From assembly GCA_031549735.1 (NCBI GenBank), contig JAVBPF010000031.1, forward strand, positions 1-42,066: 42,066 nucleotides of DNA. The letters run 5' to 3'. The position numbers and the translations under genes were made by a program. The DNA is from Oscillospiraceae bacterium. GTDB lineage: Bacteria; Bacillota; Clostridia; Oscillospirales; UBA929. Under the pieces are notes generated by a model. That model was not told the origin of the DNA. It was given only the letters and a program-made list of their open reading frames with translations, and ran no database searches. Positions 9,584 to 19,561 of the stretch are shown piece after piece (position 1 is the stretch's first letter; each line of letters begins with the position of its first letter).

Positions 9584-12091
9584 ATGTCTCATCTCGTCAT
9601 CGTGGAGTCCCCCGCCAAGGCCAAAACCATCGCAAAATATCTTGGCGGCCAGTTCACCGTCAAAGCCACCATGGGTCATCTGCGCGACCTGCCCCGCTCC
9701 AAAATGGGGCTCGAAATGGATGGCTTTGTCATGGACTATCAGCCGGTGGTCGGCAAGGAAAAGACCATCAACGAACTGAAAAAGGAAGCGGCCAAAGCGG
9801 ACACCGTCTATCTGGCCACCGACCCCGACCGCGAGGGCGAGGCCATCTCCTGGCATGTCAAGGAGCTGCTTGGCCTGTCCGACGATCAGGTGCAGCGCGT
9901 CACCTTCAATGAAATCACCAAGAACGTTGTGCAGGACAGCATCCGGCGCCCCCGCGCGCTGGATATGGATCTGATCGACGCGCAGCAGGCGCGGCGCGCA
10001 TTGGACCGCATCGTCGGCTACCAGCTTTCTCCGCTGCTGTGGCGCAAGGTCAAGCCCGGCTTGTCGGCCGGACGCGTGCAATCGGTCGCCACGCGGCTTG
10101 TGGTTGACCGTGAGGAGGAAATCCGCGCCTTTGTGCCCACAGAATACTGGACCATCGACATCGGGCTTTTGCGTACCGAAGGACCCGGGCAGTTCAACGC
10201 GCGCTTTGTCGGCAACCTTGAGGGCAAAATGGAGCTTGGCTCCGAGCAGGAGGCCCAGAAGGTCATCGACGCCGTGCGCGGCCACCCGATCTCGGTACAT
10301 GCCATCAAGAAGGGTGAAAAAAAGCGCAACCCCACGCCCCCGTTCATCACCTCGACGCTGCAGCAGGATGCTTCGCGGCGGCTCAACATGGGGCCGCGCC
10401 GTACCATGGTGGTCGCACAGCAGCTCTATGAAGGCGTCGAGATTTCGGGTATGGGACTGACCGGTCTCATCACTTACATGCGAACCGACTCACTGCGTTT
10501 GAGCGAGGAGGCCGTCGCCGAGGCGCGCGAGCTCATCCGGTCGCAATACGGCGCCGAGTACCTGCCCGCCGCCGCCCGCCAGTTCAAGAGCAAGAAAAGC
10601 GCGCAGGACGCGCATGAGGCCATCCGCCCCAGCAGCGCCGCGCTCACACCGGACAAAATCAAGGACGACCTCTCGCCCGATCAGTACAAGCTCTATAAGC
10701 TCATCTGGAGCCGGTTCATCGCCAGCCAGATGGAGCCGGCCGTGTTCGACACGCTGAGCATCGACGTTCTGGGCGCTTCCTATCTTTTCCGCGCCAACCA
10801 TACCAGCCTGCGATTCGCGGGCTTCACCGCCGTCTACGAGGAGGCGCGCGACGACGACGCACCCGCGCCCGAAACGCCCCTGCCGCTGCTGAAGGAGGGA
10901 GAACCTCTGGCGCTGTCCGACGTCAAGCCGGATCAGCACTTCACCCAGCCGCCGGCACGCTACAACGAAGCCAGCCTGATCCGCGCGCTGGAGGAAAAGG
11001 GCATCGGACGGCCTTCAACATACGCGCCCACCATCTCAACCATCATTGAGCGCGAATATGTGCGGCACATCGGCCGCGCGCTGACGCCCACGCCGCTCGG
11101 TGAGGTCATCACCACCATGATGAAGGAGAAATTTTCCGACATCGTCGACGCGGCCTTTACCTCGCGCATGGAGGAAAACCTCGATGAGGTGGAGGAGGGC
11201 AAGGTCAACTGGCGTACCATGCTGGGCACGTTCTACGCGGGCTTCGAGCCCCAGCTGACCGCCGCTGCCGAGGATCCCAAGCGCTACCGCGTGCCCGACG
11301 AGCCCACCGACGAGGTGTGTGAGCTGTGCGGACGCAACATGGTCATCAAGGTGTCCCGGTTCGGCCGTTTCATGGCCTGCCCGGGTTATCCGGACTGCAA
11401 AAACACCAAATCAATCACCGAGCCCACCCCGGGCGAATGCCCTAAGTGCGGCAAGACCATTCTGAAGAAAAAGTCCCGCAAGGGTCACGATTTTTACGGC
11501 TGCGAAGGCTATCCCGACTGCGATTTCATGACCTGGGACGTCCCGTTGGCCGACCGCTGCCCCGAGTGTACCAAATCGCTGTTCAAGCGCGGCGGACGCG
11601 GCGCAACCAAGCCGTTCTGCGCCAATCCCGCCTGCGTATCTTTCCTGCCCGAGGATCAGCGCGGCTACAAGCGCAAGCCCAAGGCCGAGGGCGAGGGCGC
11701 CGGCGATGAAAAAGCCGCCGATGCCAAGTCGGCGGACAAGGCGGCCGCTTCCAAAAAGGCTTCTGCCAAAAAATCCACCGCCAAAAAATCACCATCAACA
11801 ACCAAAAAGGCCACCGCGGACAAGCCTATGACTGCCGGAACCGGGGCCAAGACAGCATCGGCCGCCAAACCCGAGGCGACTACCACGGCCAAAACAGCTT
11901 CGGCCGCCAAGCCCAAGGCGACTACCACGGCCAAGACAGCTTCGGCCGCCAAGCCCAAGGCGACTACATCCGCTAAGGCCAAAGCCGCCTCCGCGGGCAC
12001 GTCCAAATCCGCGACTGCGAGCAAGAAGGCCCCTGCCAAGAAGACGCCCTCCACGACCACAAAAAAAACGACCGACGAGACCGGCTCATGA
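9584..12091 (+). CDS. topA: DNA topoisomerase I with zinc ribbons and a Lys/Ala-rich C-terminal tail
   Basis: IVESPAKAKTI TOPRIM, DPDREGE, SAGRVQS, catalytic ITYMRTDS and C4 zinc ribbons. Confidence 0.97.
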   Translation: MSHLVIVESPAKAKTIAKYLGGQFTVKATMGHLRDLPRSKMGLEMDGFVMDYQPVVGKEKTINELKKEAAKADTVYLATDPDREGEAISWHVKELLGLSDDQVQRVTFNEITKNVVQDSIRRPRALDMDLIDAQQARRALDRIVGYQLSPLLWRKVKPGLSAGRVQSVATRLVVDREEEIRAFVPTEYWTIDIGLLRTEGPGQFNARFVGNLEGKMELGSEQEAQKVIDAVRGHPISVHAIKKGEKKRNPTPPFITSTLQQDASRRLNMGPRRTMVVAQQLYEGVEISGMGLTGLITYMRTDSLRLSEEAVAEARELIRSQYGAEYLPAAARQFKSKKSAQDAHEAIRPSSAALTPDKIKDDLSPDQYKLYKLIWSRFIASQMEPAVFDTLSIDVLGASYLFRANHTSLRFAGFTAVYEEARDDDAPAPETPLPLLKEGEPLALSDVKPDQHFTQPPARYNEASLIRALEEKGIGRPSTYAPTISTIIEREYVRHIGRALTPTPLGEVITTMMKEKFSDIVDAAFTSRMEENLDEVEEGKVNWRTMLGTFYAGFEPQLTAAAEDPKRYRVPDEPTDEVCELCGRNMVIKVSRFGRFMACPGYPDCKNTKSITEPTPGECPKCGKTILKKKSRKGHDFYGCEGYPDCDFMTWDVPLADRCPECTKSLFKRGGRGATKPFCANPACVSFLPEDQRGYKRKPKAEGEGAGDEKAADAKSADKAAASKKASAKKSTAKKSPSTTKKATADKPMTAGTGAKTASAAKPEATTTAKTASAAKPKATTTAKTASAAKPKATTSAKAKAASAGTSKSATASKKAPAKKTPSTTTKKTTDETGS
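11846..11971 (+). repeat. Three 42-bp in-frame tandem repeats (AKTASAAKPKATTT) in the topA tail
   Basis: Units at 11846, 11888 and 11930, consensus gccaaRacagcWtcggccgccaaRcccRaggcgactacYacg. Confidence 0.9.
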
Positions 12092-13398
12092 CGCCGGTTG
12101 CCGTCATCGGCGGAGGATTGGCCGGCTGTGAGGCGGCCTGGCAGCTGGCTAAGCGCGGTCTGCCGGTTCACCTGACCGAAATGAAGCCGCACAAAATGTC
12201 CCCCGCGCATCATAGCCCGCTGCTCTGCGAGCTGGTCTGCTCCAATTCCTTCCGCGGCGACCGACTGCAAAACGCACCCGGTCTGCTCAAGGAAGAATTG
12301 CGGCGGCTCGGCTCGCTTGTTTTGCGCTGTGCCGACGCCCATCGGGTGGAGGCGGGCGGCGCGCTGGCCGTCGACCGGACACGCTTTTCGGAGGCCGTGA
12401 CGCAGGCTGTCACGACGCATCCGAACATCACGGTCGTATCGGAAGAAGTCATGGCCGTACCGCAAACCGGGGATTGCATCGTCGCCACCGGCCCGCTGAC
12501 TGCGGATGCGCTGGCCGCCGACATCCAGCGAATGCTCGGGGACACCGAGCCGCTGTACTTCTACGACGCGGCGGCCCCGCTCGTATCGTTTGACAGTTTG
12601 GATATGACACAGGCCTTTTTCGGATCGCGCTACGACCGGGGCGACGACTACATCAACTGCCCGTTGTCCCGAGAGGAATATCTGCTGTTCCGGCAGGAAC
12701 TGGCGCAGGCGCAGGAAGCGCCGGTACACGGCTTTGAGGACAACCGCGTGTTCGAGGGCTGCATGCCGGTCGAGGTCATGGCGCGAAGGGGCGAAGACGC
12801 CCTGCGCTACGGGCCGCTCAAGCCGGTCGGTCTGCGCCATCCCGAAACCGGCGATCGATATTACGCCGTCCTGCAATTACGGCGTGACAACGCGGCCGGA
12901 GAAGTGTATAATTTAGTCGGGTGCCAAACGCACCTCACCTTTCCGGAGCAGAAGCGCGTGTTCTCGATCATCCCGGCGCTGCGCAATGCCGAGTTTCTGC
13001 GCTACGGCGTGATGCACCGCAACACCTACATGAACGCGCCCCGTCTTCTCAATGCCGATTTCAGCCTGCGGCGTGATCCGCGCCTGTTTTTCGCCGGGCA
13101 GATGACCGGGGTGGAGGGCTATGTCGAGTCTGTAGCCTCGGGGCTGACCGCCGGACTGAGTTTGGCAATGCACCTGCTGAACGGGCCACCGGTCGTGTGG
13201 CCGCACACCACGGCCATCGGCGCGTTGGCGCGGTATATTTCCACGCCGTCGGAACAGCCGTTTCAGCCGATGAACATCAATTTTGGTCTGCTTCCGCCGC
13301 TCATCGACGCCCCGCGCCGCAAGCAGGAGCGATATACGGCGCTGGCCGAACGGGCGCTTTCTGATCTGGCTGCGTCGGTCGAGACCTACTCTCTTTGA
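12088..13398 (+). CDS. trmFO: Folate/FAD-dependent tRNA (uracil-54) methyltransferase TrmFO
   Basis: VIGGGLAGCEAA, ELVCSNS, FEGCMP, RYGVMHRNTY, AGQMTGVEGYVES. Confidence 0.96.
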   Translation: MTPVAVIGGGLAGCEAAWQLAKRGLPVHLTEMKPHKMSPAHHSPLLCELVCSNSFRGDRLQNAPGLLKEELRRLGSLVLRCADAHRVEAGGALAVDRTRFSEAVTQAVTTHPNITVVSEEVMAVPQTGDCIVATGPLTADALAADIQRMLGDTEPLYFYDAAAPLVSFDSLDMTQAFFGSRYDRGDDYINCPLSREEYLLFRQELAQAQEAPVHGFEDNRVFEGCMPVEVMARRGEDALRYGPLKPVGLRHPETGDRYYAVLQLRRDNAAGEVYNLVGCQTHLTFPEQKRVFSIIPALRNAEFLRYGVMHRNTYMNAPRLLNADFSLRRDPRLFFAGQMTGVEGYVESVASGLTAGLSLAMHLLNGPPVVWPHTTAIGALARYISTPSEQPFQPMNINFGLLPPLIDAPRRKQERYTALAERALSDLAASVETYSL

Positions 13399-13458
13399 AA
13401 CAACACGGACGCGCCGGGCCACCGGGCTTTCGTTGATCCCGATACCGGAGGATTATGT

Positions 13459-14511
13459 ATGAAAATCATTGTGGACGCCATGGGCGGCGACAACGCCCCG
13501 GGCGAGATTGTCAAGGGCGCCCTGCTGGCGCTTTCCGAGCTGGAAAACACGGAAATTGTTCTGGTGGGACGCGGAGAGGCGCTTCTCCAGGCGCTCTCCG
13601 ATCAGGGCCTTTCCGACCTGCCGCGCGGACTGGAAATCGTGCACGCCTCCCAGGTCATTGCGATGGAGGACGATCCGTCGGCCTCCATCCGGGAAAAGAC
13701 CGATTCTTCCATAGTGGTCGGGCTGAAGCTGCTCGCCGAGGGTCGCGGCGCGGCCTTCGTCTCGGCCGGCAGCACCGGGGCCGTGCTGACCGGCGCCACA
13801 CTCATCATCAAACGCATCAAGGGCATCCGCCGCGCAGCCTTAACGCCGGTGCTGCCCACCGCCAAGGGCGGCGCGCTGCTCATCGACTGCGGCGCCAACA
13901 CCGAATGTACGCCCGAATACCTCTGGCAGTTCGGGCACATGGGCTCTATCTATGTCAAGAAAGCGCTCAAGGTTGTGCATCCGCGCGTCGGGCTGCTCAA
14001 CATCGGCGCCGAGGCCAAAAAGGGCGACGCGGTTCACCGTGAGGCCCATGCGCTGATGGCGCGGCACGAAAATAAAGCGCATTTCAATTTCATCGGCAAT
14101 GTGGAGGGTCGGGACGTGGCGTTTGGCGCGGCCGACGTCATTGTGGCCGACGGGTTCTCGGGAAACATCCTGCTCAAAACCATGGAGGGCGTCGGTCTGT
14201 TTTTCATCGACGCGCTCAAAAAGGTTTTCTATACCAACTTCCTGACCAAACTGGCCGCTTTGTTTGTCAAAAAGCCCCTGAAGTCATTTAAAAAGATGTT
14301 GGACTACACCGAATACGGCGGTTCGCCCTTCCTGGGCGTCTCCAAGCCGGTCATCAAGGCGCACGGTTCCTCCAACGCCCGCGCCCTCTGCTCGGCCATC
14401 CGGCAGGCACGGGACTTCGCCCAAAGCGGCGCCATCGAGGAGATCGAGCGCAGTATCGCCGGCATTCGTCTGCCGGTCACCGAAGCAACCGGGGAGGAGT
14501 CCGCCCAATGA
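13459..14511 (+). CDS. plsX: Phosphate acyltransferase PlsX
   Basis: VDAMGGDNAP, SAGSTGA, DCGAN, DGFSGN..LK, KAHGSS. Confidence 0.96.
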   Translation: MKIIVDAMGGDNAPGEIVKGALLALSELENTEIVLVGRGEALLQALSDQGLSDLPRGLEIVHASQVIAMEDDPSASIREKTDSSIVVGLKLLAEGRGAAFVSAGSTGAVLTGATLIIKRIKGIRRAALTPVLPTAKGGALLIDCGANTECTPEYLWQFGHMGSIYVKKALKVVHPRVGLLNIGAEAKKGDAVHREAHALMARHENKAHFNFIGNVEGRDVAFGAADVIVADGFSGNILLKTMEGVGLFFIDALKKVFYTNFLTKLAALFVKKPLKSFKKMLDYTEYGGSPFLGVSKPVIKAHGSSNARALCSAIRQARDFAQSGAIEEIERSIAGIRLPVTEATGEESAQ

Positions 14512-15170
14512 CAGCACTGGAACGGGCCATCGGCTACACTTTCAGCAACCCGGTATTGCTCGAGACCGCCCTCACGCACAGCTCCCATTACAACGAAAAC
14601 CGCCGCACCTCTCCCGGCTCCAACGAACGGCTGGAGTTTCTCGGCGATTCGGTGCTGGGTTTTGTCACCGCCGAGTATCTCTACAAGAAGTACCCGCACA
14701 AGGCGGAGGGCGAGCTGACACGGCTGCGCGCGTCTTTGGTCTGCGAGAGCCATTTGGCCTACGCGGCCGCGGCGCTTCAGTTGAGCGATCATTTGCTGCT
14801 GGGCAAGGGCGAGCGTGTGACCGGCGGACAAAACCGCCCCTCCATTCTGTCCGACGCTTTCGAGGCGCTCATCGCGGCGCTTTTTTTAGACGGCGGCCTC
14901 GAGGCAGCGCGCCCCTTTGTCATCCAAATGGTGCTGACCCGGCTGCCTGCCGAGCAGACCGATTATAAAACCGTTTTGCAGGAATTCCTGCAGCGTGACC
15001 CGGACAACGATTACAGTTACCAATTGGTCGACGCGCAGGGGCCCGACCACGCGCGCGAATATACCATCGAATTGATACTGAACGGCAAGCCGATCGGAAT
15101 CGGTCACGGCCGCAGCAAAAAGGAAGCCGAGCAGCAAGCCGCCAAGGCGGCGTTGGCCGTGCTGGCGTAA
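14508..15170 (+). CDS. rnc: Ribonuclease III
   Basis: NERLEFLGDSVL signature, SDAFEALIAA, and C-terminal dsRBD (GRSKKEAEQQAA). Confidence 0.96.
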   Translation: MTALERAIGYTFSNPVLLETALTHSSHYNENRRTSPGSNERLEFLGDSVLGFVTAEYLYKKYPHKAEGELTRLRASLVCESHLAYAAAALQLSDHLLLGKGERVTGGQNRPSILSDAFEALIAALFLDGGLEAARPFVIQMVLTRLPAEQTDYKTVLQEFLQRDPDNDYSYQLVDAQGPDHAREYTIELILNGKPIGIGHGRSKKEAEQQAAKAALAVLA

Positions 15171-15175
15171 ACCCT

Positions 15176-15210
15176 ACGGTTCATGGCGGGGCCATGAGCC
15201 GTTTTCGTTT
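15176..15210 (+). terminator. Intrinsic terminator after rnc
   Basis: 12-bp stem acggttcatggc/gccatgagccgt followed by tttcgttt. Confidence 0.75.
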
Positions 15211-15230
15211 AGCGAGCGGTTACATCGTTT

Positions 15231-15280
15231 TTTCTTCCCTGGTGGAGACGGAGGACGTGACTTTTTGCACGCCAAGAAAT
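15231..15280. repeat. Partial copy of the dispersed intergenic repeat (copy A)
   Basis: tccctgg..gacggaggacgtgactttttgcacgccaagaaa aligns to 40500-40543 (tccctga..gatggaggacgtgactttcttcacgccaagaaa). Confidence 0.7.
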
Positions 15281-15426
15281 CAAGCCTCGCGCGGTTTTGT
15301 TTCCATAGGACTCGCTGTTATTTTTTGCGCATACCGAATATTTTAACAATAAGCATCTCGCACAGAGCACAATGAAAAAACAAATATTGCGGCGGCGCGG
15401 CCGCTTTGGGATAGGAGGATTCTTTC

Positions 15427-16569
15427 ATGCAGATGCGCACCATTGAATCCCTCGGCGTCACTGTTTCCCGGCTGGGCTTTGGCGCGATGCGCTTGCCCGG
15501 CGTCAACGGCGACATCGATTACAAGGACGCCGAAAAACTGATCGACATTATGATGGACGCCGGCGTCAACTACTTCGACACGGCCTGGTTCTATCATGAC
15601 GGGCGCTCGGAGCCGTTTCTCAAGAAGGCACTGGTCGACCGCTACCCCCGCGATTCCTTCTTTCTGGCCACCAAATCCCCCACCTTCCAGTGTAAAAACC
15701 GCGCCGAGCTTGAGGAGATTTTCGACGAGCAGCGCCGTCGCACCGGTGTGGACTTTTTCGACTTCTATCTGTTGCACGGGCTCAGCGAGAAGAACTGGGC
15801 CGATGCCAAGGCCATTGACGCCCCGGCCTTTTTGCGTGACCGGAAGGCCTCCGGACAAATTCGGTTCACGGGTTTTTCCTATCACGACGCCAACGAAAAA
15901 CTGGCACCCATTCTGGACGACTTTGAGTGGCAGTTCTGCCAGATCCAGCTCAACTACGCCGACTGGAAGCAGGAGAAAGCCTATGAGCTTTACAACGCCG
16001 TGTTTGAGCGCGGCATCCCGATCATCGTGATGGAGCCGGTACGCGGCGGCGGACTGGCCGCGCTCTATCCCGACATGGCCAACATCCTCAAGGCGGTCAA
16101 CCCGGACGCCACACCCGCCTCATTTGCGTTTCGCTTCTGCTGCGACCTGCCCGGCGTTGACATTGTTCTATCGGGCATGTCGACACCAGTGCAGTGCCTG
16201 GACAATGTAAAGACTTTTTCCGAGGCCAAGCCGCTGTCCGAGGCCGAGCGCGCGGCGCTCGACGCCGTGGTGGATGGCATGGCCAAGCGCCCCTACATCC
16301 CCTGCACCGCTTGCCGCTATTGCTCGGACTGCCCGCAGGGCATCGATATCCCCGCGCTGTTTGGCGCCTACAACGACCACATCGGTTTGAAGGCCAACTA
16401 TCTGCTGGCCGTAGAGTATCTGCTGCGCACGCCGCCCGAGAAGCACGCGACGGCCTGTATCCGCTGCGGCCAGTGTGAGGAACGCTGTCCGCAAGGTATC
16501 GCCATCATGGACAACATCCAATTGGCGCACGATGCCGCGGAGGCCGCCGATAAGGGCGCGCTACGCTGA
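15427..16569 (+). CDS. Aldo/keto reductase with C-terminal 4Fe-4S dicluster domain
   Basis: LGFGAMRLP, YFDTAWFY, FYLLH, MEPVRGG. CTACRYC..CP and CIRCGQCEERCP cluster motifs. Confidence 0.9.
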   Translation: MQMRTIESLGVTVSRLGFGAMRLPGVNGDIDYKDAEKLIDIMMDAGVNYFDTAWFYHDGRSEPFLKKALVDRYPRDSFFLATKSPTFQCKNRAELEEIFDEQRRRTGVDFFDFYLLHGLSEKNWADAKAIDAPAFLRDRKASGQIRFTGFSYHDANEKLAPILDDFEWQFCQIQLNYADWKQEKAYELYNAVFERGIPIIVMEPVRGGGLAALYPDMANILKAVNPDATPASFAFRFCCDLPGVDIVLSGMSTPVQCLDNVKTFSEAKPLSEAERAALDAVVDGMAKRPYIPCTACRYCSDCPQGIDIPALFGAYNDHIGLKANYLLAVEYLLRTPPEKHATACIRCGQCEERCPQGIAIMDNIQLAHDAAEAADKGALR

Positions 16570-16623
16570 TTGACGCCCCGCGCTGAGTGACGCCCCGCGT
16601 TTTTTCAAAGGAGGTGCCGCCCT

Positions 16624-17910
16624 GTGAACAAGAGGATTTGGTTTCGGTCGGTATGCCTGTTTGTCGTTCTTGGCCTTCTCTGGGGCTGCGCCCCGGTACA
16701 TAGTTCAGTGGACGCCGAGTCCCCCGTGTCTCCCCTCGAATCGCCCTCCCCCGCCCCGTCTCCGCCGCTTACACCAGCGCCCACCCCGACGCCGACCCCG
16801 ACGCCGACCCCCGCGCCCACACCACCGCCCGAGGCGCGTATTCAGATGGCCGGCGACGTGCTGCTGCACATTTTCCCGATCAACGCGGCTCGAACCGGTA
16901 CAGATACTTACAACTTTAAGCCCTTTTTCTCGGACGTCAAGCCCTACCTGACCGGCGATCTCGTCATGTGCAACATGGAGGGTCCGATCGATGTAAACGG
17001 TGGAAATCAGGGCATCACCACCTTCCCGCTGTTCAACGCGCCCAATGAGATTGCCGAAGCGGTGCGGGACGCGGGCTTCAACTATGTGGTGGCGGGCAAC
17101 AACCATTCCTATGACAAAAAGCTGGCCGGACTCATCGCCACGCAGGCCAATCTGGCCAAGGCCGGGCTGGAATTCACCGGGATCTACAGTTGTCAGGAAG
17201 AGTTTGAAAATCAGGATTGCCTTTCGAATATCAACGGCATTCCGGTCGCGGTGCTCAACTACACGCAGGACGACAACGGCCTGTCTCCCTGGATCCCCGA
17301 AGACGTGCGGCCTTACACGCTGAGGCGCTTCACCGGTACGATGGACAGCCTGCCGGCCATGGCCGAGGACATCGAGCGGGTGCGGGCACAGGGCGCGCGG
17401 TTTGTCATCCTCGCGTTGCACTGGGGCACCGAATACCAGAACAAGCCCTCCTCCGCGCAGACCGAGCTGGCCCAAGCCCTGTGCGACGCGGGCGCCGATA
17501 TGATTTGGGGCGCGCACCCGCACGTCTGCCAGCCGGTCGTATGGGTCGACGCCAAAGACGGCCGGCGATGTCTGGTGGCCTACTCCACCGGCAACTTTTT
17601 TGCCGACCAGACCGCGATGAATCCCCCCAACGCGCGCACACAGTATGGCATGGTGCTGGATATCGTCATTCGCGACACCGGAGACGCCATCGAGTGGGTC
17701 GACGCCTCCTGCCTGCCCACCCTGACCGCCCGCTTCCAGAACGATGATGACCGGCGGGATTACCGCGTCTTTCCCATCCCTGAAGCCAGTGACGAACTGT
17801 CACGCCCCGACATTTTCCCCAGTGATTCGCTCTGGTCGCAGGCGAAAAAAGCCTACGCTCACATTGATAGCCTTGCCGGAGAGTCGGTACGTGTCGGCGC
17901 GGCGGGGTAA
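16624..17910 (+). CDS. CapA/PgsA-family metallophosphatase-fold lipoprotein with a Pro/Thr linker
   Basis: Lipobox LLWGC and (PT)n linker. AGD, NMEG, GNNH, LHWG, GAHPH and YSTGNF motifs. Confidence 0.88.
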   Translation: MNKRIWFRSVCLFVVLGLLWGCAPVHSSVDAESPVSPLESPSPAPSPPLTPAPTPTPTPTPTPAPTPPPEARIQMAGDVLLHIFPINAARTGTDTYNFKPFFSDVKPYLTGDLVMCNMEGPIDVNGGNQGITTFPLFNAPNEIAEAVRDAGFNYVVAGNNHSYDKKLAGLIATQANLAKAGLEFTGIYSCQEEFENQDCLSNINGIPVAVLNYTQDDNGLSPWIPEDVRPYTLRRFTGTMDSLPAMAEDIERVRAQGARFVILALHWGTEYQNKPSSAQTELAQALCDAGADMIWGAHPHVCQPVVWVDAKDGRRCLVAYSTGNFFADQTAMNPPNARTQYGMVLDIVIRDTGDAIEWVDASCLPTLTARFQNDDDRRDYRVFPIPEASDELSRPDIFPSDSLWSQAKKAYAHIDSLAGESVRVGAAG

Positions 17911-17987
17911 TTCGACCGCCTTCGCTCTGTAAAGCATTTTTGCTGCTCACTCGTTTTCGTCATGTCTCTCTGTATTTCTACAGATTT

Positions 17988-18033
17988 CGCATAGTAAAAC
18001 CGGCCGGGTTGCCCTGGCCGGTTTTACTATGCG
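17988..18033. terminator. Bidirectional hairpin/terminator between the convergent CapA and ABC-F genes
   Basis: 21-bp stem cgcatagtaaaaccggccggg/ccctggccggttttactatgcg. Confidence 0.75.
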
Positions 18034-18053
18034 TCAAAAAAGTCCCGAGAGTT

Positions 18054-19550
18054 CTATGCTCCTTGGCTGCTCACACCCTTGGATGCCAATTCCACCTTCC
18101 GCGTCGCCACCGCATCGACAAAAGCCGCGTCGTGTTCGACAAACAACAGGGTGGGTCGGTGCTCCAGGATCAGCGCCTCGATCTGCATGCGGGACAGCAC
18201 GTCAATGTAGTTGAGCGGCTCGTCCCAAACGTACAGGTGCGCCGATTCGCAGAGGCTGCGGGCGATGAGCGCCTTTTTCTTTTGCCCGGCGCTAAAATCC
18301 CGCATGTCCTTGTCAAACTGCGCCCGCGAGAAATCCAGCTTACGCAGGATGGCCTTGAACAAGCTCTCATCAATGTTACAATCGCGGGCGTATTGGCTCA
18401 GGCCGCCGGTCAGAAAGGATGTATCCTGCGGCACGTAGGACAGGATGAGACCGGACGCCGGGCGCCACCGGCCCTCGATGTCCATCGGCTCGCCCATCAC
18501 CAGCTTGAGCACGCTGGACTTTCCGCAGCCGTTGGACCCTTGCAGCGCCACGCGGTCGCCATGGCCAACGGTCAGATTGACGTTCCGACAGGCCACCTTG
18601 TCCCCGTAGCGAATGGTCACTTCGTTCAGCTCAACCCACCGGGGGGCATGGTGCGAGAGCGGTGACAGCTTTAGCGCGTCCGCCTTCTCGATGTTTTTCA
18701 ACAGCTTTTCCTTGTCCTCCCGCGCCGACTGCTGCCGTGACTCGATATTCTTGGAGCGCTTCATCATTTTGGCGGCCTTGTGCCCGACTGCGCCGCGATC
18801 ATAGGTGTGTTGGCCGATTTTGCTTTTTTCCACCGCGTCCGACCATTTGGCCGTGCGTTTGGTGGCCGCGTCGAGGCGCTTGATGTCCTTTTTGAGCCGC
18901 TCATTCTCGCTCAACTCAAACTCGTCCTGCCTTTGCTTGTTCTCCCACCAGACGGAGAAGTTGCCCTGCGTGATCTCGATGTCCTGCCGGTTGATGCTCA
19001 GGATGTGATCGACGCATTCGTCCAGAAACACCCGGTCATGTGACACCAGAATGAAACCCTTTTTGGACTTCAGATAGGCGGCCACCTTATGACGGGTCTG
19101 TGTGTCCAGGTGGTTGGTCGGTTCGTCAATCAGCAGGAATTTGTCCTCGCCGGCGAACAATGCCGCCAGCTGCACCTTGGTTTGTTCGCCGTTGGACAGG
19201 GTGCCGAAAGGCCGGTCGAGCGCATCCTCGGTCAACTCCAGCAGATAGAGCTCGCGGATGAGCGCCCAAGCCGGCGCGTCGGGCGCCATGGTCTCCAGCG
19301 CGTCGCGCGTAATGGTCTCAGGATCCATGTTCGTGAACGGGAAATAGGCGAAGGGCACCCCGGCGGCGATGGCGCCCCGGTACTCATACCGCCCCATCAA
19401 CAGATTGAGAAATGTGGTCTTACCGCGTCCGTTGCGACCGGTAAAGCCCAGCTTCCAGTCGGTGTCCAGACGAAACGAGACGTCCTCAAAAATATTTTCG
19501 CTGCTGCCCTCGTAGCCGAAAGTCAAGTTGTGCACGTCGATTTGTGACAT
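18054..19550 (-). CDS. Lsa/CplR-like ribosome-protection ABC-F ATPase
   Basis: Two NBDs (GRNGRGKTT..LSNGEQ..IDEPTNHLD and GSNGCGKSS..FSAGQ..WDEPLNYID) and no TM domains. N-terminus IDVHNLTFGYEGSSENIFEDVSFRLDTDWKLG and linker GHKAAKMMKRSK are typical of Lsa/CplR. Confidence 0.88.
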   Translation of the reverse strand: MSQIDVHNLTFGYEGSSENIFEDVSFRLDTDWKLGFTGRNGRGKTTFLNLLMGRYEYRGAIAAGVPFAYFPFTNMDPETITRDALETMAPDAPAWALIRELYLLELTEDALDRPFGTLSNGEQTKVQLAALFAGEDKFLLIDEPTNHLDTQTRHKVAAYLKSKKGFILVSHDRVFLDECVDHILSINRQDIEITQGNFSVWWENKQRQDEFELSENERLKKDIKRLDAATKRTAKWSDAVEKSKIGQHTYDRGAVGHKAAKMMKRSKNIESRQQSAREDKEKLLKNIEKADALKLSPLSHHAPRWVELNEVTIRYGDKVACRNVNLTVGHGDRVALQGSNGCGKSSVLKLVMGEPMDIEGRWRPASGLILSYVPQDTSFLTGGLSQYARDCNIDESLFKAILRKLDFSRAQFDKDMRDFSAGQKKKALIARSLCESAHLYVWDEPLNYIDVLSRMQIEALILEHRPTLLFVEHDAAFVDAVATRKVELASKGVSSQGA

Positions 19551-19561
19551 CAGAATTCCTC

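Noticed and set aside
11846-11971. CRISPR-like periodic repeat
   Set aside because: Contiguous in-frame coding repeats with no spacers and no cas genes.
13459-15170. acpP absent between plsX and rnc
   Set aside because: A minor synteny variation with a clean ATGA overlap and no remnant sequence.
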